DNA of 64,000 bases from Terriglobia bacterium (GTDB taxonomy: Bacteria; Acidobacteriota; Terriglobia; 20CM-2-55-15). A program made the translations under genes and the position numbers. Below are positions 32,118-41,452 of the stretch, piece by piece (position 1 is the stretch's first letter; every line of letters begins with the position of its first letter). The DNA lies in assembly GCA_965218585.1 (NCBI GenBank), contig CBDCLE010000002.1, forward strand, positions 160,001-224,000. Direction: 5' to 3'. The notes beneath the pieces are model-generated. The model ran no database searches, was not told the DNA's origin, and saw nothing but the letters and a program-made list of their open reading frames with translations.

Positions 32118-35051
32118 TCAGAACGTGAACTTGAGTCCGAACTGAGCCTGGAAGGGTCGTAACACTGAGCGGGCCTGCCCAAAGGACGACGACGACTCGT
32201 TCCCCTGGAAACGGAGCAGGTTGGCGGTGTTGAAGACATTGAACATCTCCCACAACACTTCAACGTTCTTGGTTTCGTCTATGAAGAACCTCTTGCTCAA
32301 TCTCAGATCCGTGTTGAAGAAATTATCGCCCCTCTCGGAATGGACACCCACCCCGGGGGAACGATCGTTTCGGAACCCGTCGCCGTTGTTGTCCCGGCCC
32401 GTCGTCTTATCGTAGGGTGGGGCGCTGTTGGCCGTAACAATCGTGCTCACGTTTATGTCGAAAGGCGCCTGATATATCAGGTTAGCCGTGAGCCGGTGGC
32501 GGACATCGTTCTCTGCCGGGCCGAAGTGTACGTCTCCAAACTTGTCGTTCGGGTCGGATGGCGCGACACCGATGATTACCGGAAACCCTCCCCGGTTGAA
32601 CTCCTTCGCGCTACCCAACGTGTAACCGAGGAGAAAACCGAAACGGTTTGAAAACGATCGGTCCAGCCTGAGAGAAAGCGAGTTCACATGGATCCGTCCG
32701 CTCTGGTCGTGACCCAGCCTCATACCAAAGTCGCAGAGAGAGTCTGTTATTCCGTTGGCGATGAGATCGGCATCGAATGGACAAATTCCATTGGGCAGGG
32801 GCGCGTTGACGTTCCGGCTCATCAAAAAGTTCAGCCCCAATATATGCGTAAAGTCGGCCGAAAAGGCCGTGTTGGGCGAGACCTCGTATTGGAAACCCGC
32901 ACTCGTGTGCTGTGTGTAGGGTGTGTTGCCGCTTGGAGAGGGCACGGTCGTCGAACCGGCCGGGAGGGCATCGCCTGCCGGGGCGTTCGGGAAGAAACTC
33001 TGGACGACTAGCGGGTCCCGTTCTCTGACGGTCTGAATATTGAGACCGTTGTAGCCATTGACGATACTCCGATGGGTCAGCGTCGGGACTCGGTCGTGGT
33101 AAATTCCGTAGCTGCCACGAATCACTGCCTGTCCGGTTCCAAGAACGTCCCAGGCAAAGCCCACCCTCGGAGACACATCCATTGTGTCGGTCGGGGTTGG
33201 ACGCCACGGCTGGAGGCCCAAAGTTCCCGCTGCTCCCAGAGCTACGTTCAACCAGACGTCTTCAGGCCTGTCGCGGGAAAAGCCCGGCTGTTCGAAGGGA
33301 TCGGGACCGCCAAGATCTCCTTCGAGAACACGCAGGTCGTACCGCATCCCCAGGTTGAGGGTCAGGGTCGGAGTCACGCGCCAGGTGTCGTTAACGAAAA
33401 GACCGTACATATCCATGTCACGATCCACCTGGGTAAGCGTAGGGTCTCGGGAATCTCCCCGGGCGAACTGCAGGTTGAAACCGGCCTCGTATTCGACGGG
33501 CAGAAACGGGGCCTCGTCGGTTTCGAAAACAAAGGAACCGTTGAAGTCTTCGTTGGTATCGTTGGTGGCCACCACGTCGTTCATCTCCCCGCCCCACTTC
33601 AGCGTGTGGTTACCCCACTGGTAGGTCGTCGTATTGGTGATGATCCAGTTCTTCTGGTTGCGTCCTTGCGGCACTGCGCTGCCATCCAGACCGATGTTGA
33701 CCGAGGGAAAGATCAAACCAGGGAGGAATTTGGAGGCTTCCCGAATGCTGCGGAAGAGCCGTTGGCTTGAACGATTGATGCGAAATTCGTTAACCGTGTT
33801 TGCGCCTATCAGCGAGGTCCAATTCGCGGTCGCGAAGTAAGAGTTGTTGAGATCGTCGAAACCGCGGTCGGCGGCGTCTTCTCCCCCGATGTCCTTGTTT
33901 ATGTCGTTGTCGTCGTCATAGAGATAGGTGAGATGCAGCGTGTTTCGCTCGTCCAGATTGAACGTGAACTTGCCGATCGCGTTGAACTGTTCCCTGTCCT
34001 GCGAGACCACGCTACGTGTGTCGTAGCCGAGGTTGAGGGAGTCCACGAACGTCTTGACCGTATCTGGGATCGTGATTACGGAGCTCTCCTTATTCGTCTT
34101 GCGTTCGAAGGAAAGGAAATAGAATGCCCTGTCGCGCGCGATCGGCCCACCGATCGTTCCGCCATACTGCTTGGTCTTGAACTCGGGAACGTCTCCATCC
34201 TGGAACGGAACGCCGCCCCTCAGTCGAAACGCCGGCTTGTCGAAGGCGTCGTCACGGATGAAGTAGAAGGCGCTTCCGTGGATTTCGTTACCTCCCGATT
34301 TCAGGACAACGTTGATCGCTCCGCTGCCGCTGCGGCCGAACTCCGGCGAATAACCGGTGGACATCACCTGAAACTCCTGAATCGCTTCCTGCCCCAGGCG
34401 GGTTCGGGTCGCCCCGGATATATTCGTGCCACCACCAACCACTTCGTCATTGAAGTCGACTCCGTCAAGCCAGATGGCCTTGTGCGGTTCATCCATGCCG
34501 AAGAAGCTGATGGAATCGGTGGCACCCGACCGAACGGAACTCTGATCGAGTACGACCCCTGGGGCCAGCAACGCGAGATCCATAAAATCGCGAGCCTTCA
34601 GGGGCAGTTCCTCGACCCGAAAGTTGTCGACGACGGTTCCGACACTGTGTTCGGTCGTCCGGACAAGAGGGGCATCACCGGTAACCGTGATGGATTCGGT
34701 CACCTGGCCGACTTCCATCGTGAAATCGATCTTGATCTCACCCTGGATTGGAAGAGTCACGCCGGAACGTGTGGCCGAACGGAAGCCCTCCAGTTGGACC
34801 GCGACCTCGTATCCTGCTGGCTGCAATCCTGTTGCTCTATAGGCACCGGCCCCGTTAGTAATTACGTCCCTTTGGGCACCGGTCGTCGTGTTCCTTATAC
34901 GAACGGAAACGCCGGGAAGCGCGGCGCCCGTACTATCAACAATGTCACCAATGATGGAGCCGGTTGTCGATTGGGAGTAGCCAGTAGCTGTTAAACCGCC
35001 TGTGAAACCAAGGCTGAGTACAACCGTCAGAATTCCTTCAACAAGCCGCAT
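32118..35051 (-). CDS. TonB-dependent receptor with N-terminal carboxypeptidase-regulatory-like domain (Oar-like)
   Basis: G.I.G.IVDSTGAALPGV, LPL..RDF..LA.LAPGV, AIQEFQV....SPEFGR, C-terminal QFGLKFTF. Confidence 0.92.
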   Translation of the reverse strand: MRLVEGILTVVLSLGFTGGLTATGYSQSTTGSIIGDIVDSTGAALPGVSVRIRNTTTGAQRDVITNGAGAYRATGLQPAGYEVAVQLEGFRSATRSGVTLPIQGEIKIDFTMEVGQVTESITVTGDAPLVRTTEHSVGTVVDNFRVEELPLKARDFMDLALLAPGVVLDQSSVRSGATDSISFFGMDEPHKAIWLDGVDFNDEVVGGGTNISGATRTRLGQEAIQEFQVMSTGYSPEFGRSGSGAINVVLKSGGNEIHGSAFYFIRDDAFDKPAFRLRGGVPFQDGDVPEFKTKQYGGTIGGPIARDRAFYFLSFERKTNKESSVITIPDTVKTFVDSLNLGYDTRSVVSQDREQFNAIGKFTFNLDERNTLHLTYLYDDDNDINKDIGGEDAADRGFDDLNNSYFATANWTSLIGANTVNEFRINRSSQRLFRSIREASKFLPGLIFPSVNIGLDGSAVPQGRNQKNWIITNTTTYQWGNHTLKWGGEMNDVVATNDTNEDFNGSFVFETDEAPFLPVEYEAGFNLQFARGDSRDPTLTQVDRDMDMYGLFVNDTWRVTPTLTLNLGMRYDLRVLEGDLGGPDPFEQPGFSRDRPEDVWLNVALGAAGTLGLQPWRPTPTDTMDVSPRVGFAWDVLGTGQAVIRGSYGIYHDRVPTLTHRSIVNGYNGLNIQTVRERDPLVVQSFFPNAPAGDALPAGSTTVPSPSGNTPYTQHTSAGFQYEVSPNTAFSADFTHILGLNFLMSRNVNAPLPNGICPFDADLIANGITDSLCDFGMRLGHDQSGRIHVNSLSLRLDRSFSNRFGFLLGYTLGSAKEFNRGGFPVIIGVAPSDPNDKFGDVHFGPAENDVRHRLTANLIYQAPFDINVSTIVTANSAPPYDKTTGRDNNGDGFRNDRSPGVGVHSERGDNFFNTDLRLSKRFFIDETKNVEVLWEMFNVFNTANLLRFQGNESSSSFGQARSVLRPFQAQFGLKFTF

Positions 35052-35259
35052 CTTGTAGTCCCCTTACGAAAGCAAATGTCCGAGAGTGAATCCGGGCTAT
35101 GAATATGCGGATAAATATATCATGGGATGTCTTTTAGCGAAGGAGGCGCGCTTCCGGCCCAGCGGTGGAGTTGGGGGACTTGAAAAGAACGGACGCACTG
35201 GCTCTGACTCAGCCTTAACCGCTAGAAACGGCAAAGCCAAAGCGTCCATCCGTCGAAAG

Positions 35260-35538
35260 CTAGTGACCTGTGCCACCCATATTGGGACCAGCGTTGCGGC
35301 CAAACGGCGCCGGATTCTAGGAGCCGATGAGGAGGGAATGCTCCTCATTCCGACAAGTCGGCGACAACGAAGACGGCGCCGTTTCGCCGCCACCCTCCGG
35401 GCCGATGGGGGTTGCGGGCGATATCTTTGTTGCGAGCCGTCGTCGATGCAAAAACATCGCCTTCCGTCTCCCGCCGCGATCTCACCCGCAAAACCCATCG
35501 GCGCTGGTCCCAATATGGGTGGTAGTACAGGCCACTAG
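35260..35538. mobile_element. MITE-like non-autonomous element (279 bp) bounded by CTAG
   Basis: About 35-bp terminal inverted repeats CTAGTGACCTGTGCCACCCATATTGGGACCAGCG / CGCTGGTCCCAATATGGGTGGTAGTACAGGCCACTAG. Confidence 0.72.
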
Positions 35539-36062
35539 TTCCCGATCTCGACTTCCTCCCCGTTGCTCAAGCTCGCAACGTAGGCGGCCAGATCACTGGA
35601 ATCTTCACTAGCAAGATCCAACGGCTGCCCCATCATGAACATCTGGAGGCAGTTGTTATTCATGACTGACAGCGTGATGACGGAGTCGTTGGGAACCTTG
35701 TACTTGGGGTACGTCGCACCAGCCCCAACAAGCGTCGGGATCGGCATCGCCGGCCGCATGCCGTTGCTCAGCGGCATCGGGATCTGGGTCGTACCACCTG
35801 TTGTCTCACCGCCGGGATGGCAGCTGTTGCAGGAAAAACCGTTACTTCCCAGGTCAGCGTTGTTGAACAGCTCCTGACCATGCTGGACGCCTTCGCGCTG
35901 CTTCGTCATCATGTACTGCATCCGCTCTTCTTCGCTCATGTCCACCATGACTCTCGACATGTTGTCCAACGCCATCTGCATGGCGGGACTCGGCCCCTGG
36001 GCCGTTGCGACCAACGAGACGACTAAGACAAAACCTACCGCAATCAATAAGATCTTTTTCAT
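35535..36062 (-). CDS. Exported monoheme cytochrome c, SoxA/TsdA-domain-like, Met-rich
   Basis: Signal peptide; CNSCH; YPKY...TL...NNC....M.G..L...S....L.AYV pattern; RBS AAGGAG. Confidence 0.82.
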   Translation of the reverse strand: MKKILLIAVGFVLVVSLVATAQGPSPAMQMALDNMSRVMVDMSEEERMQYMMTKQREGVQHGQELFNNADLGSNGFSCNSCHPGGETTGGTTQIPMPLSNGMRPAMPIPTLVGAGATYPKYKVPNDSVITLSVMNNNCLQMFMMGQPLDLASEDSSDLAAYVASLSNGEEVEIGN

Positions 36063-36192
36063 TTAAATGCTCCTTTTGGTTCCGGGACTGGCTCTTCTTG
36101 TTTGTCTGGATGTTCAGGCGCCTGGTCGGGCGGATGTCGAATCAAACGTGAAGCGCATGACAATCAACATACGTTTGCGCGAAGAAGGATTC

Positions 36193-36272
36193 TGTAAGCT
36201 GGCGCACATCGCACGTTGCGAAAACGAACGGAGAGGAAAAATTAAAAACTAAGAACTGTAAGCGGTGTTACA
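36193..36272. promoter_or_regulatory. Two Crp/Fnr-type boxes upstream of the cytochrome c gene
   Basis: TGTAA-gctggc-GCACA (36193-36208) and perfect TGTAA-gcggtg-TTACA (36257-36272); minus-strand -10 TATGTT at 36166-36171. Confidence 0.65.
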
Positions 36273-36279
36273 CCGGGGA

Positions 36280-36978
36280 CTAGATAGCGGCTTTTCGCTG
36301 GAGTCCCGTGATATTGTCGATCTGAACACGCTTGCGGCCGATCGATACCAGGCCCTCTCTTTTCAGGCGATTCAACGCAGTCGTAACGGTCTCTCTATAG
36401 ACCCCAAGATGGTCGGCCAGTTCTTCGTGAGTTGTGGCTATGGTGTCTGTACCGTTCTCGGACCTTAATCTCAAAAGGAGGGCGGCCAACTGGTTGGGAA
36501 CTTCGTGGAAGAGAGTCTGTTCGAGCCTTTCCTCAGATTCACGCAACCTTCCACCCATCGTTTCGAGCAAACGCACAGCAATTTTGGGCTTGGAAAGGAT
36601 GAGCTTTTCCACATCCTGCCGGTTCATGACGCATATGAGCGAGTCTTCGAGAGCCTCGGCAAAGGCGTCGTAGAGCCCTGTTCCGACAAGGCTCATCTCG
36701 CCGAAGATCGTCCCTGGACCCAGGGTTTCGATAACGAGTTTCCTGCCTTCAGAGGACATCCTGTAGATCTGGACCTTGCCTTTCTTCAGGATAAAAATCA
36801 CATCGCCATACTGGTTCGGCGAATAGAATATTTTTCCAGCCTGACAGGTTGTCATCGCTGTAGACTCTGCGATCTCCTTCATCTCGTCAGAGCTGAGATC
36901 CCGGAATATGTCCACTGTGGCGAGGTAACCGATTTTAGTTTCTGGCTGCGAACTGTTGGTTCGCAGCAGAGAAAGCAT
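36280..36978 (-). CDS. Crp/Fnr family transcriptional regulator
   Basis: cNMP-like domain (G.V.IY....GR...I..LGPG.IFGEM); HTH THEELADHLGVYRETVTTALNRL; start uncertain. Confidence 0.93.
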   Translation of the reverse strand: MLSLLRTNSSQPETKIGYLATVDIFRDLSSDEMKEIAESTAMTTCQAGKIFYSPNQYGDVIFILKKGKVQIYRMSSEGRKLVIETLGPGTIFGEMSLVGTGLYDAFAEALEDSLICVMNRQDVEKLILSKPKIAVRLLETMGGRLRESEERLEQTLFHEVPNQLAALLLRLRSENGTDTIATTHEELADHLGVYRETVTTALNRLKREGLVSIGRKRVQIDNITGLQRKAAI

Positions 36979-37054
36979 CTTCTGAGATAGTTTCAATGTC
37001 CTAACCCCGAATCCATGCGATGGCCACAAACTGGATCGGCAAAAAGGATCCTGT

Positions 37055-37104
37055 TGTAGGTCGCATTACGTATTTGGTATTCAATCTGCGGTAGCCTGAT
37101 CAAC
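37055..37104 (+). promoter_or_regulatory. Crp/Fnr-type box and -10 element of a leaderless promoter
   Basis: TGTAG-gtcgca-TTACG centred 42.5 nt before ATG 37105; TAGCCT at 37092-37097. Confidence 0.55.
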
Positions 37105-37353
37105 ATGCAAGGGAGACGGCTCGTTGTTTTTGTCAGCGATCACTGCCGAACATGCCCCGATGCTGTGGACACCGCCAAGAGACTAGATGAGCGATATCCC
37201 GAACTGGAAGTCGAACTCTTCAACATCGACGACCGGAAACCACGGGACGAAGTGTTCGCTGTTCCAACCTACATGTTGGACGATGAGATCATCTTCCTTG
37301 GAAATCCAACAGACAAGCAGATCCACGAATTATTGGAACCTGCATCGAAGTAG
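37105..37353 (+). CDS. Small thioredoxin/glutaredoxin-like protein
   Basis: VFVSDHCRTC (CxxC); VFAVPTYMLD...FLGNP cis-Pro loop. Confidence 0.82.
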   Translation: MQGRRLVVFVSDHCRTCPDAVDTAKRLDERYPELEVELFNIDDRKPRDEVFAVPTYMLDDEIIFLGNPTDKQIHELLEPASK

Positions 37354-37359
37354 TCACCT

Positions 37360-38067
37360 TCACAAGAGATCCTCAATCACGCCCCGTAACTCCTCTTCGT
37401 CCGCAATCCCGACGTGCTTATAAGCGACTTTTCCGTTTCGATCCAGAATGAAGGTCGTGGGAATGCCATAGATGCCGCCCGCTTCAGTCTCGATCTCAAA
37501 GTCACTCATCACGATCGGATAGTTGACGCCGAGATCGTCCAGAGTCTCCACGATGGCGGCCGTGTTTTCGGGGTCTTCCGTAATGCCGATGACCGCAAAC
37601 TGTTCGGCGTCATATAGATCCACCATTTCAACAAACCAGGGCATCTCCTCGCGGCAAGGCGCGCACCATGAAGCCCAGAAGTTGATTACGGAAACCTTCC
37701 CAGAAAGATCGGATGAAGAAATGGTCTCGCCAGCAAGAGTGCTCAATTCGAACTCGGGGAAGACCTCGTCATAGCCGGGTGCCTCTTCAATCTCATCGAT
37801 CACAGCCCCATCGGCGTCGACGACAAGGTGAAACCGAACCTCCTTACCTCTCTCGATACCATCGAGGAGAGAGGGGTCGGCAACGGAAAAGGGCATCGTC
37901 ATCGATTGCATGTATCCGGGGATGGTGTCGTGAAGCAAGGTCACGCTTTGTCGGTCCGGGGAGACTTCTGAAACGACGCCTAACACATCGTAATCTCTCG
38001 GGATCACAGGCTCCGCAGCGCAACCGGCCAGCGCAACAAGCCCCGCGACTACAGCAAATGTTTTCAT
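37360..38067 (-). CDS. Lipoprotein: CusF-like copper-binding domain fused to a TlpA/ResA thiol-disulfide reductase
   Basis: Lipobox LAGC; HDTIPGYMQSMTMPF; NFWASWCAPCREEMP; GIPTTFILDRNG. Confidence 0.88.
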   Translation of the reverse strand: MKTFAVVAGLVALAGCAAEPVIPRDYDVLGVVSEVSPDRQSVTLLHDTIPGYMQSMTMPFSVADPSLLDGIERGKEVRFHLVVDADGAVIDEIEEAPGYDEVFPEFELSTLAGETISSSDLSGKVSVINFWASWCAPCREEMPWFVEMVDLYDAEQFAVIGITEDPENTAAIVETLDDLGVNYPIVMSDFEIETEAGGIYGIPTTFILDRNGKVAYKHVGIADEEELRGVIEDLL

Positions 38068-38115
38068 GACCTTCTACTCACAAAAATCATTCGAACCGAA
38101 CCACTCACAACGGAA

Positions 38116-38131
38116 TGTAATCCAGACCACA
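38116..38131 (-). promoter_or_regulatory. Crp/Fnr-type box upstream of the CusF-TlpA gene
   Basis: TGTAA-tccaga-CCACA. Confidence 0.5.
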
Positions 38132-38252
38132 TAATTTCTTCACCGGCCAGTATTTGAGACGGGTCCTATCCAAAATTGTTTACCTATTTTTTACGGAAGG
38201 CTAGAGAAAAACGGGGCAGGTGCCTTAAAGGCGAAAACACGAAGAGTCTTTC

Positions 38253-38330
38253 ACCGCAAAGAAGCGAAGGCGCAAAGAAATCTTTTTCGGAACCGGGCAA
38301 AGACCCTTTGCGTCTTCGCGCCTTTGCGGT
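38253..38330. repeat. Periodic hairpin repeat, copy B
   Basis: ACCGCAAAGAAGCGAAGGCGCAAAG...CTTTGCGTCTTCGCGCCTTTGCGGT. Confidence 0.75.
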
Positions 38331-38339
38331 TAATCCCTC

Positions 38340-40130
38340 TTATGTTCGATCTGCTATGGCACCCTTTGCCAGGGCGAGGAATTCGTCAATCGGTTTGGCC
38401 TTGAGGTCTTCTCCGGATCTCAGTCGAACCGCCACAGCGCCCGCCTCCACTTCCTTATCTCCCGCAACAAGCATGTAGGGGATCTTCTGCAACTGAGCCT
38501 TACGGATCTTGGCGTTCATGCGATCACGACCATCGTCGATGTCGACGCGAAGCCCCTCGGCTTTCAGCTTCTCGACCAACCCACGGCAGTATTCTACATG
38601 CCGGTCGGCGATCGGAATCAGAACAGCCTGAACCGGCGCCAGCCAGACCGGGAACGCGCCGCTGTGGTGTTCGATCAGGATTCCAAAGAAACGCTCCATA
38701 CTTCCCAACAGGGCTCTGTGAATCATGTACGGGCGGTGGGGGGCTCCGTCTTCACCCACGTAGTTCAGATCGAAGCGTTCCGGAAGATTGAAGTCGAACT
38801 GAATCGTACTCAACTGCCATTGCCGGCCGATAGCATCGTCGACGTAGATGTCGATCTTGGGCCCGTAGAACGCGCCGTCGGCTTCGTTAATTTCAAACGG
38901 CAGGCCCGAACGCTTCAACGACTCTTCCAGCGCCGCTTCGGCCTCGTCCCAGTTGGATTCCGCTCCGACCCGCTTTTCGGGACGCGTGCTCAGAAACAGC
39001 GTGAACTCTTCAAACCCAAACGCGCGCAAAATGTCCAGGCTGAAGTTCAGGACCTTGTCGATCTCGGCGGGCATCTGATCCGGGCGACAGAAAAGATGCG
39101 CATCGTCCTGGGTGAATCCCCGCACGCGGGTCAACCCGTGCAAGACTCCACTTCTCTCATAGCGATACACCGTGCCCCACTCGGCAAGCCGAATAGGCAA
39201 ATCCCGGTAAGAGCGAACGCCGCTCTTGAATATGTCTACGTGGAACGGACAGTTCATCGGCTTCAGGTAGAACTCCTGCTCATCGATTGTCACCGGCGCG
39301 TACATGCCGTCGGCGTAGAAGTCGAGGTGGCCACTGGTCTCCCACAGCGACGCCCGCCCTATGTGCGGTGTGTAGACGAAATCATAACCACCCTTCAGGT
39401 GTTCTGCCTTGCAGTATTCCTCGACCAGATAGCGGACCAGTCCTCCCTTGGGGTGCCACAGAACAAGGCCGCCGCCGATCGTGTCGGGGTTGATGCTGAA
39501 CAGATCCAGATCCACGCCCAGGCGGCGATGGTCTCTCTTCTTGGCTTCTTCGAGTCGGACGAAATACGCCTTCAGTTCCTTCTTGTTGTCGAAAGCGACT
39601 CCGTAGACGCGCTGCATCTGGTCCCGCGACTGGTCTCCACGCCAGTACGCGCCCGAAACGCGGGTCAGCTTGAACCCATCCGGACGAACCGAGCCGGTAT
39701 TCTCGATGTGAGGGCCGCGGCAAAGATCGACGAAATCTCCGGTCTTATAGACAGTGACGGTGTCGACGTCACTACCGACGAGGTTTTCGTCCTCCAGATC
39801 CTTGACGGCCGTCGTCCCACGGCTCTTCAGATCATTCAGCAGTTCGACTTTGAAACTCTGCCCCATCCTGTCGAAGCGCGCTATGGCCTCCTCGATCGGC
39901 ATCTCCGACCGCTCGAACGTAAGCTTCTCGCTCACTTTCTGCCGAATCTTCTGCTCGATCTTCTCCAGATCATCGGGCGTCAACGGAGTGTCGAGATAAA
40001 CGTCATAGTAGAAACCGTCCTCGATGACGGGACCGACGCCGAACTTCGCTTCGGGATGAAGCTCCTGAATGCTGGCCGCCATCAGGTGGGCCAACGAGTG
40101 CCGTATTGTCTCCAGATCTTCCTTAGCCAT
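38340..40130 (-). CDS. thrS: Threonine--tRNA ligase (no N-terminal TGS domain)
   Basis: IRHSLAH, DLCRGPH, RDHRRLG, KPMNCPFH, GAFYGPK, IHRALLGSMERF. Confidence 0.97.
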   Translation of the reverse strand: MAKEDLETIRHSLAHLMAASIQELHPEAKFGVGPVIEDGFYYDVYLDTPLTPDDLEKIEQKIRQKVSEKLTFERSEMPIEEAIARFDRMGQSFKVELLNDLKSRGTTAVKDLEDENLVGSDVDTVTVYKTGDFVDLCRGPHIENTGSVRPDGFKLTRVSGAYWRGDQSRDQMQRVYGVAFDNKKELKAYFVRLEEAKKRDHRRLGVDLDLFSINPDTIGGGLVLWHPKGGLVRYLVEEYCKAEHLKGGYDFVYTPHIGRASLWETSGHLDFYADGMYAPVTIDEQEFYLKPMNCPFHVDIFKSGVRSYRDLPIRLAEWGTVYRYERSGVLHGLTRVRGFTQDDAHLFCRPDQMPAEIDKVLNFSLDILRAFGFEEFTLFLSTRPEKRVGAESNWDEAEAALEESLKRSGLPFEINEADGAFYGPKIDIYVDDAIGRQWQLSTIQFDFNLPERFDLNYVGEDGAPHRPYMIHRALLGSMERFFGILIEHHSGAFPVWLAPVQAVLIPIADRHVEYCRGLVEKLKAEGLRVDIDDGRDRMNAKIRKAQLQKIPYMLVAGDKEVEAGAVAVRLRSGEDLKAKPIDEFLALAKGAIADRT

Positions 40131-40232
40131 AACCGTCCATTCTACAAGCGTTCGGTTCGCCCGACCCAAGGAGGGCGACACCTCGCCTATTGTGCCATTA
40201 GATGATGAAAGCCGGTGCGGTGTCTCCAGCTA

Positions 40233-40754
40233 CTAAAACAGAGCAGGTTGGGAAGGCGTGGAACGGCCACGCGAGCGCGTGGCTTGGGTCCTCTTAGATC
40301 TAAACGCGCCCTCGAGCGCGAGGAGTGAAGTCTTTATGTCCAGACCGCCGCCGTAACCGACCAGGCTACCGTCGGCACCGATCACACGATGACAGGGAAC
40401 GATAATCGAGATGGGATTTCTGTTGTTGGCCATCCCCACGGCTCGCGCCGCCTGGGATTTTCCGATCACGCGCGCAATCTCTCCGTAACTGCGCGTTTCG
40501 CCATAAGGGATGTCCTGGAGCGCCCGCCAGACGCTCTGCTGAAAAGGAGTTCCGACCAGATCCAATTCGAGATCAAAATCACGTCTGGCGCCCGAAAAGT
40601 ACTCCTCCAGCTGTGCCACTACAGACGTGTTCGCCCCTCGATCGAGCGTCGCGCCGGAAGGCACCTTCCGCCCAAACGACAGCGAGCGTAGACGTCGATT
40701 GTCTGAAATTATGGTGAGTGGACCGACAGAGGTTTCCATGACGACATATCCCAT
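40233..40754 (-). CDS. ogt: Methylated-DNA--protein-cysteine methyltransferase
   Basis: GTPFQQSVW, IPYGETRSY, RAVG, PCHRVI active site. Confidence 0.94.
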   Translation of the reverse strand: MGYVVMETSVGPLTIISDNRRLRSLSFGRKVPSGATLDRGANTSVVAQLEEYFSGARRDFDLELDLVGTPFQQSVWRALQDIPYGETRSYGEIARVIGKSQAARAVGMANNRNPISIIVPCHRVIGADGSLVGYGGGLDIKTSLLALEGAFRSKRTQATRSRGRSTPSQPALF

Positions 40755-40891
40755 AGGATCAAGGTATCTCAATGAAAGCGGTAGGACAAGCCCATTGAGC
40801 AGGAGAAACGGAATAGGCGGCATGATATATTTATCGCCATCCTCGGGCCCCTTGGATTGCAATGATCCCGTTGTTTTGTTATATTTAGCGA

Positions 40892-41434
40892 TTGTCAAGA
40901 GTGAAGAAATTCTCCGGGCGACAGCGTAACGACCGAACCAGAGTCAACCACCGAATCAGGGCGAGGGAGATTCGTGTGATCGACGAGGAAGGTACCCAGC
41001 TCGGAGTAATGACACCGGGAGACGCGCTTGCATTAGCCGAAGAAAGAGGCCTGGATCTGGTCGAGGTCGCACCGAACGGAACTCCTCCAGTCTGCCGGAT
41101 CATGGACTACGGCAAGTACCGCTACCAGATGAAGCGGAAGGCTCACGAAGCGAAGAAACACCAGAAGAGCATTACCGTCAAAGAGGTTAAGTTCCGACCG
41201 AACACCGACGAACACGATTACGAGTTCAAGAAGAACCACATCATTCGTTTCCTGAATCAGGGCGACAAGGTCAAAGCGAACGTCTGGTTCCGAGGTCGTG
41301 AAATCATCCACAAAGAGATTGGAAGAGCCTTGATCCAAAGATTAATGGAAGAGCTGGAAGAGATCGGGACGGTGGAAAACAGGCCCAAGATGGAAGGCAA
41401 CAATCTCGTCGCCATATTTGCCCCAAAAAAATAG
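40892..41434 (+). CDS. infC: Translation initiation factor IF-3
   Basis: [36 protein letters not shown]; start TTG 40892 or GTG 40901. Confidence 0.97.
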   Translation: MSRVKKFSGRQRNDRTRVNHRIRAREIRVIDEEGTQLGVMTPGDALALAEERGLDLVEVAPNGTPPVCRIMDYGKYRYQMKRKAHEAKKHQKSITVKEVKFRPNTDEHDYEFKKNHIIRFLNQGDKVKANVWFRGREIIHKEIGRALIQRLMEELEEIGTVENRPKMEGNNLVAIFAPKK

Positions 41435-41452
41435 CGAAGTAAGGCAGCAGTC

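Noticed and set aside
35052-35259. Cobalamin or other riboswitch upstream of the TonB-dependent receptor
   Set aside because: No B12 box or other recognisable aptamer motif; only a terminator-like hairpin for the upstream gene.
38598-40205. 535-aa antisense ORF over thrS, and similar long antisense ORFs over the TBDR, pheT and M14 genes
   Set aside because: Shadow ORFs expected from GC-rich codon bias opposite well-conserved genes; no recognisable motifs.
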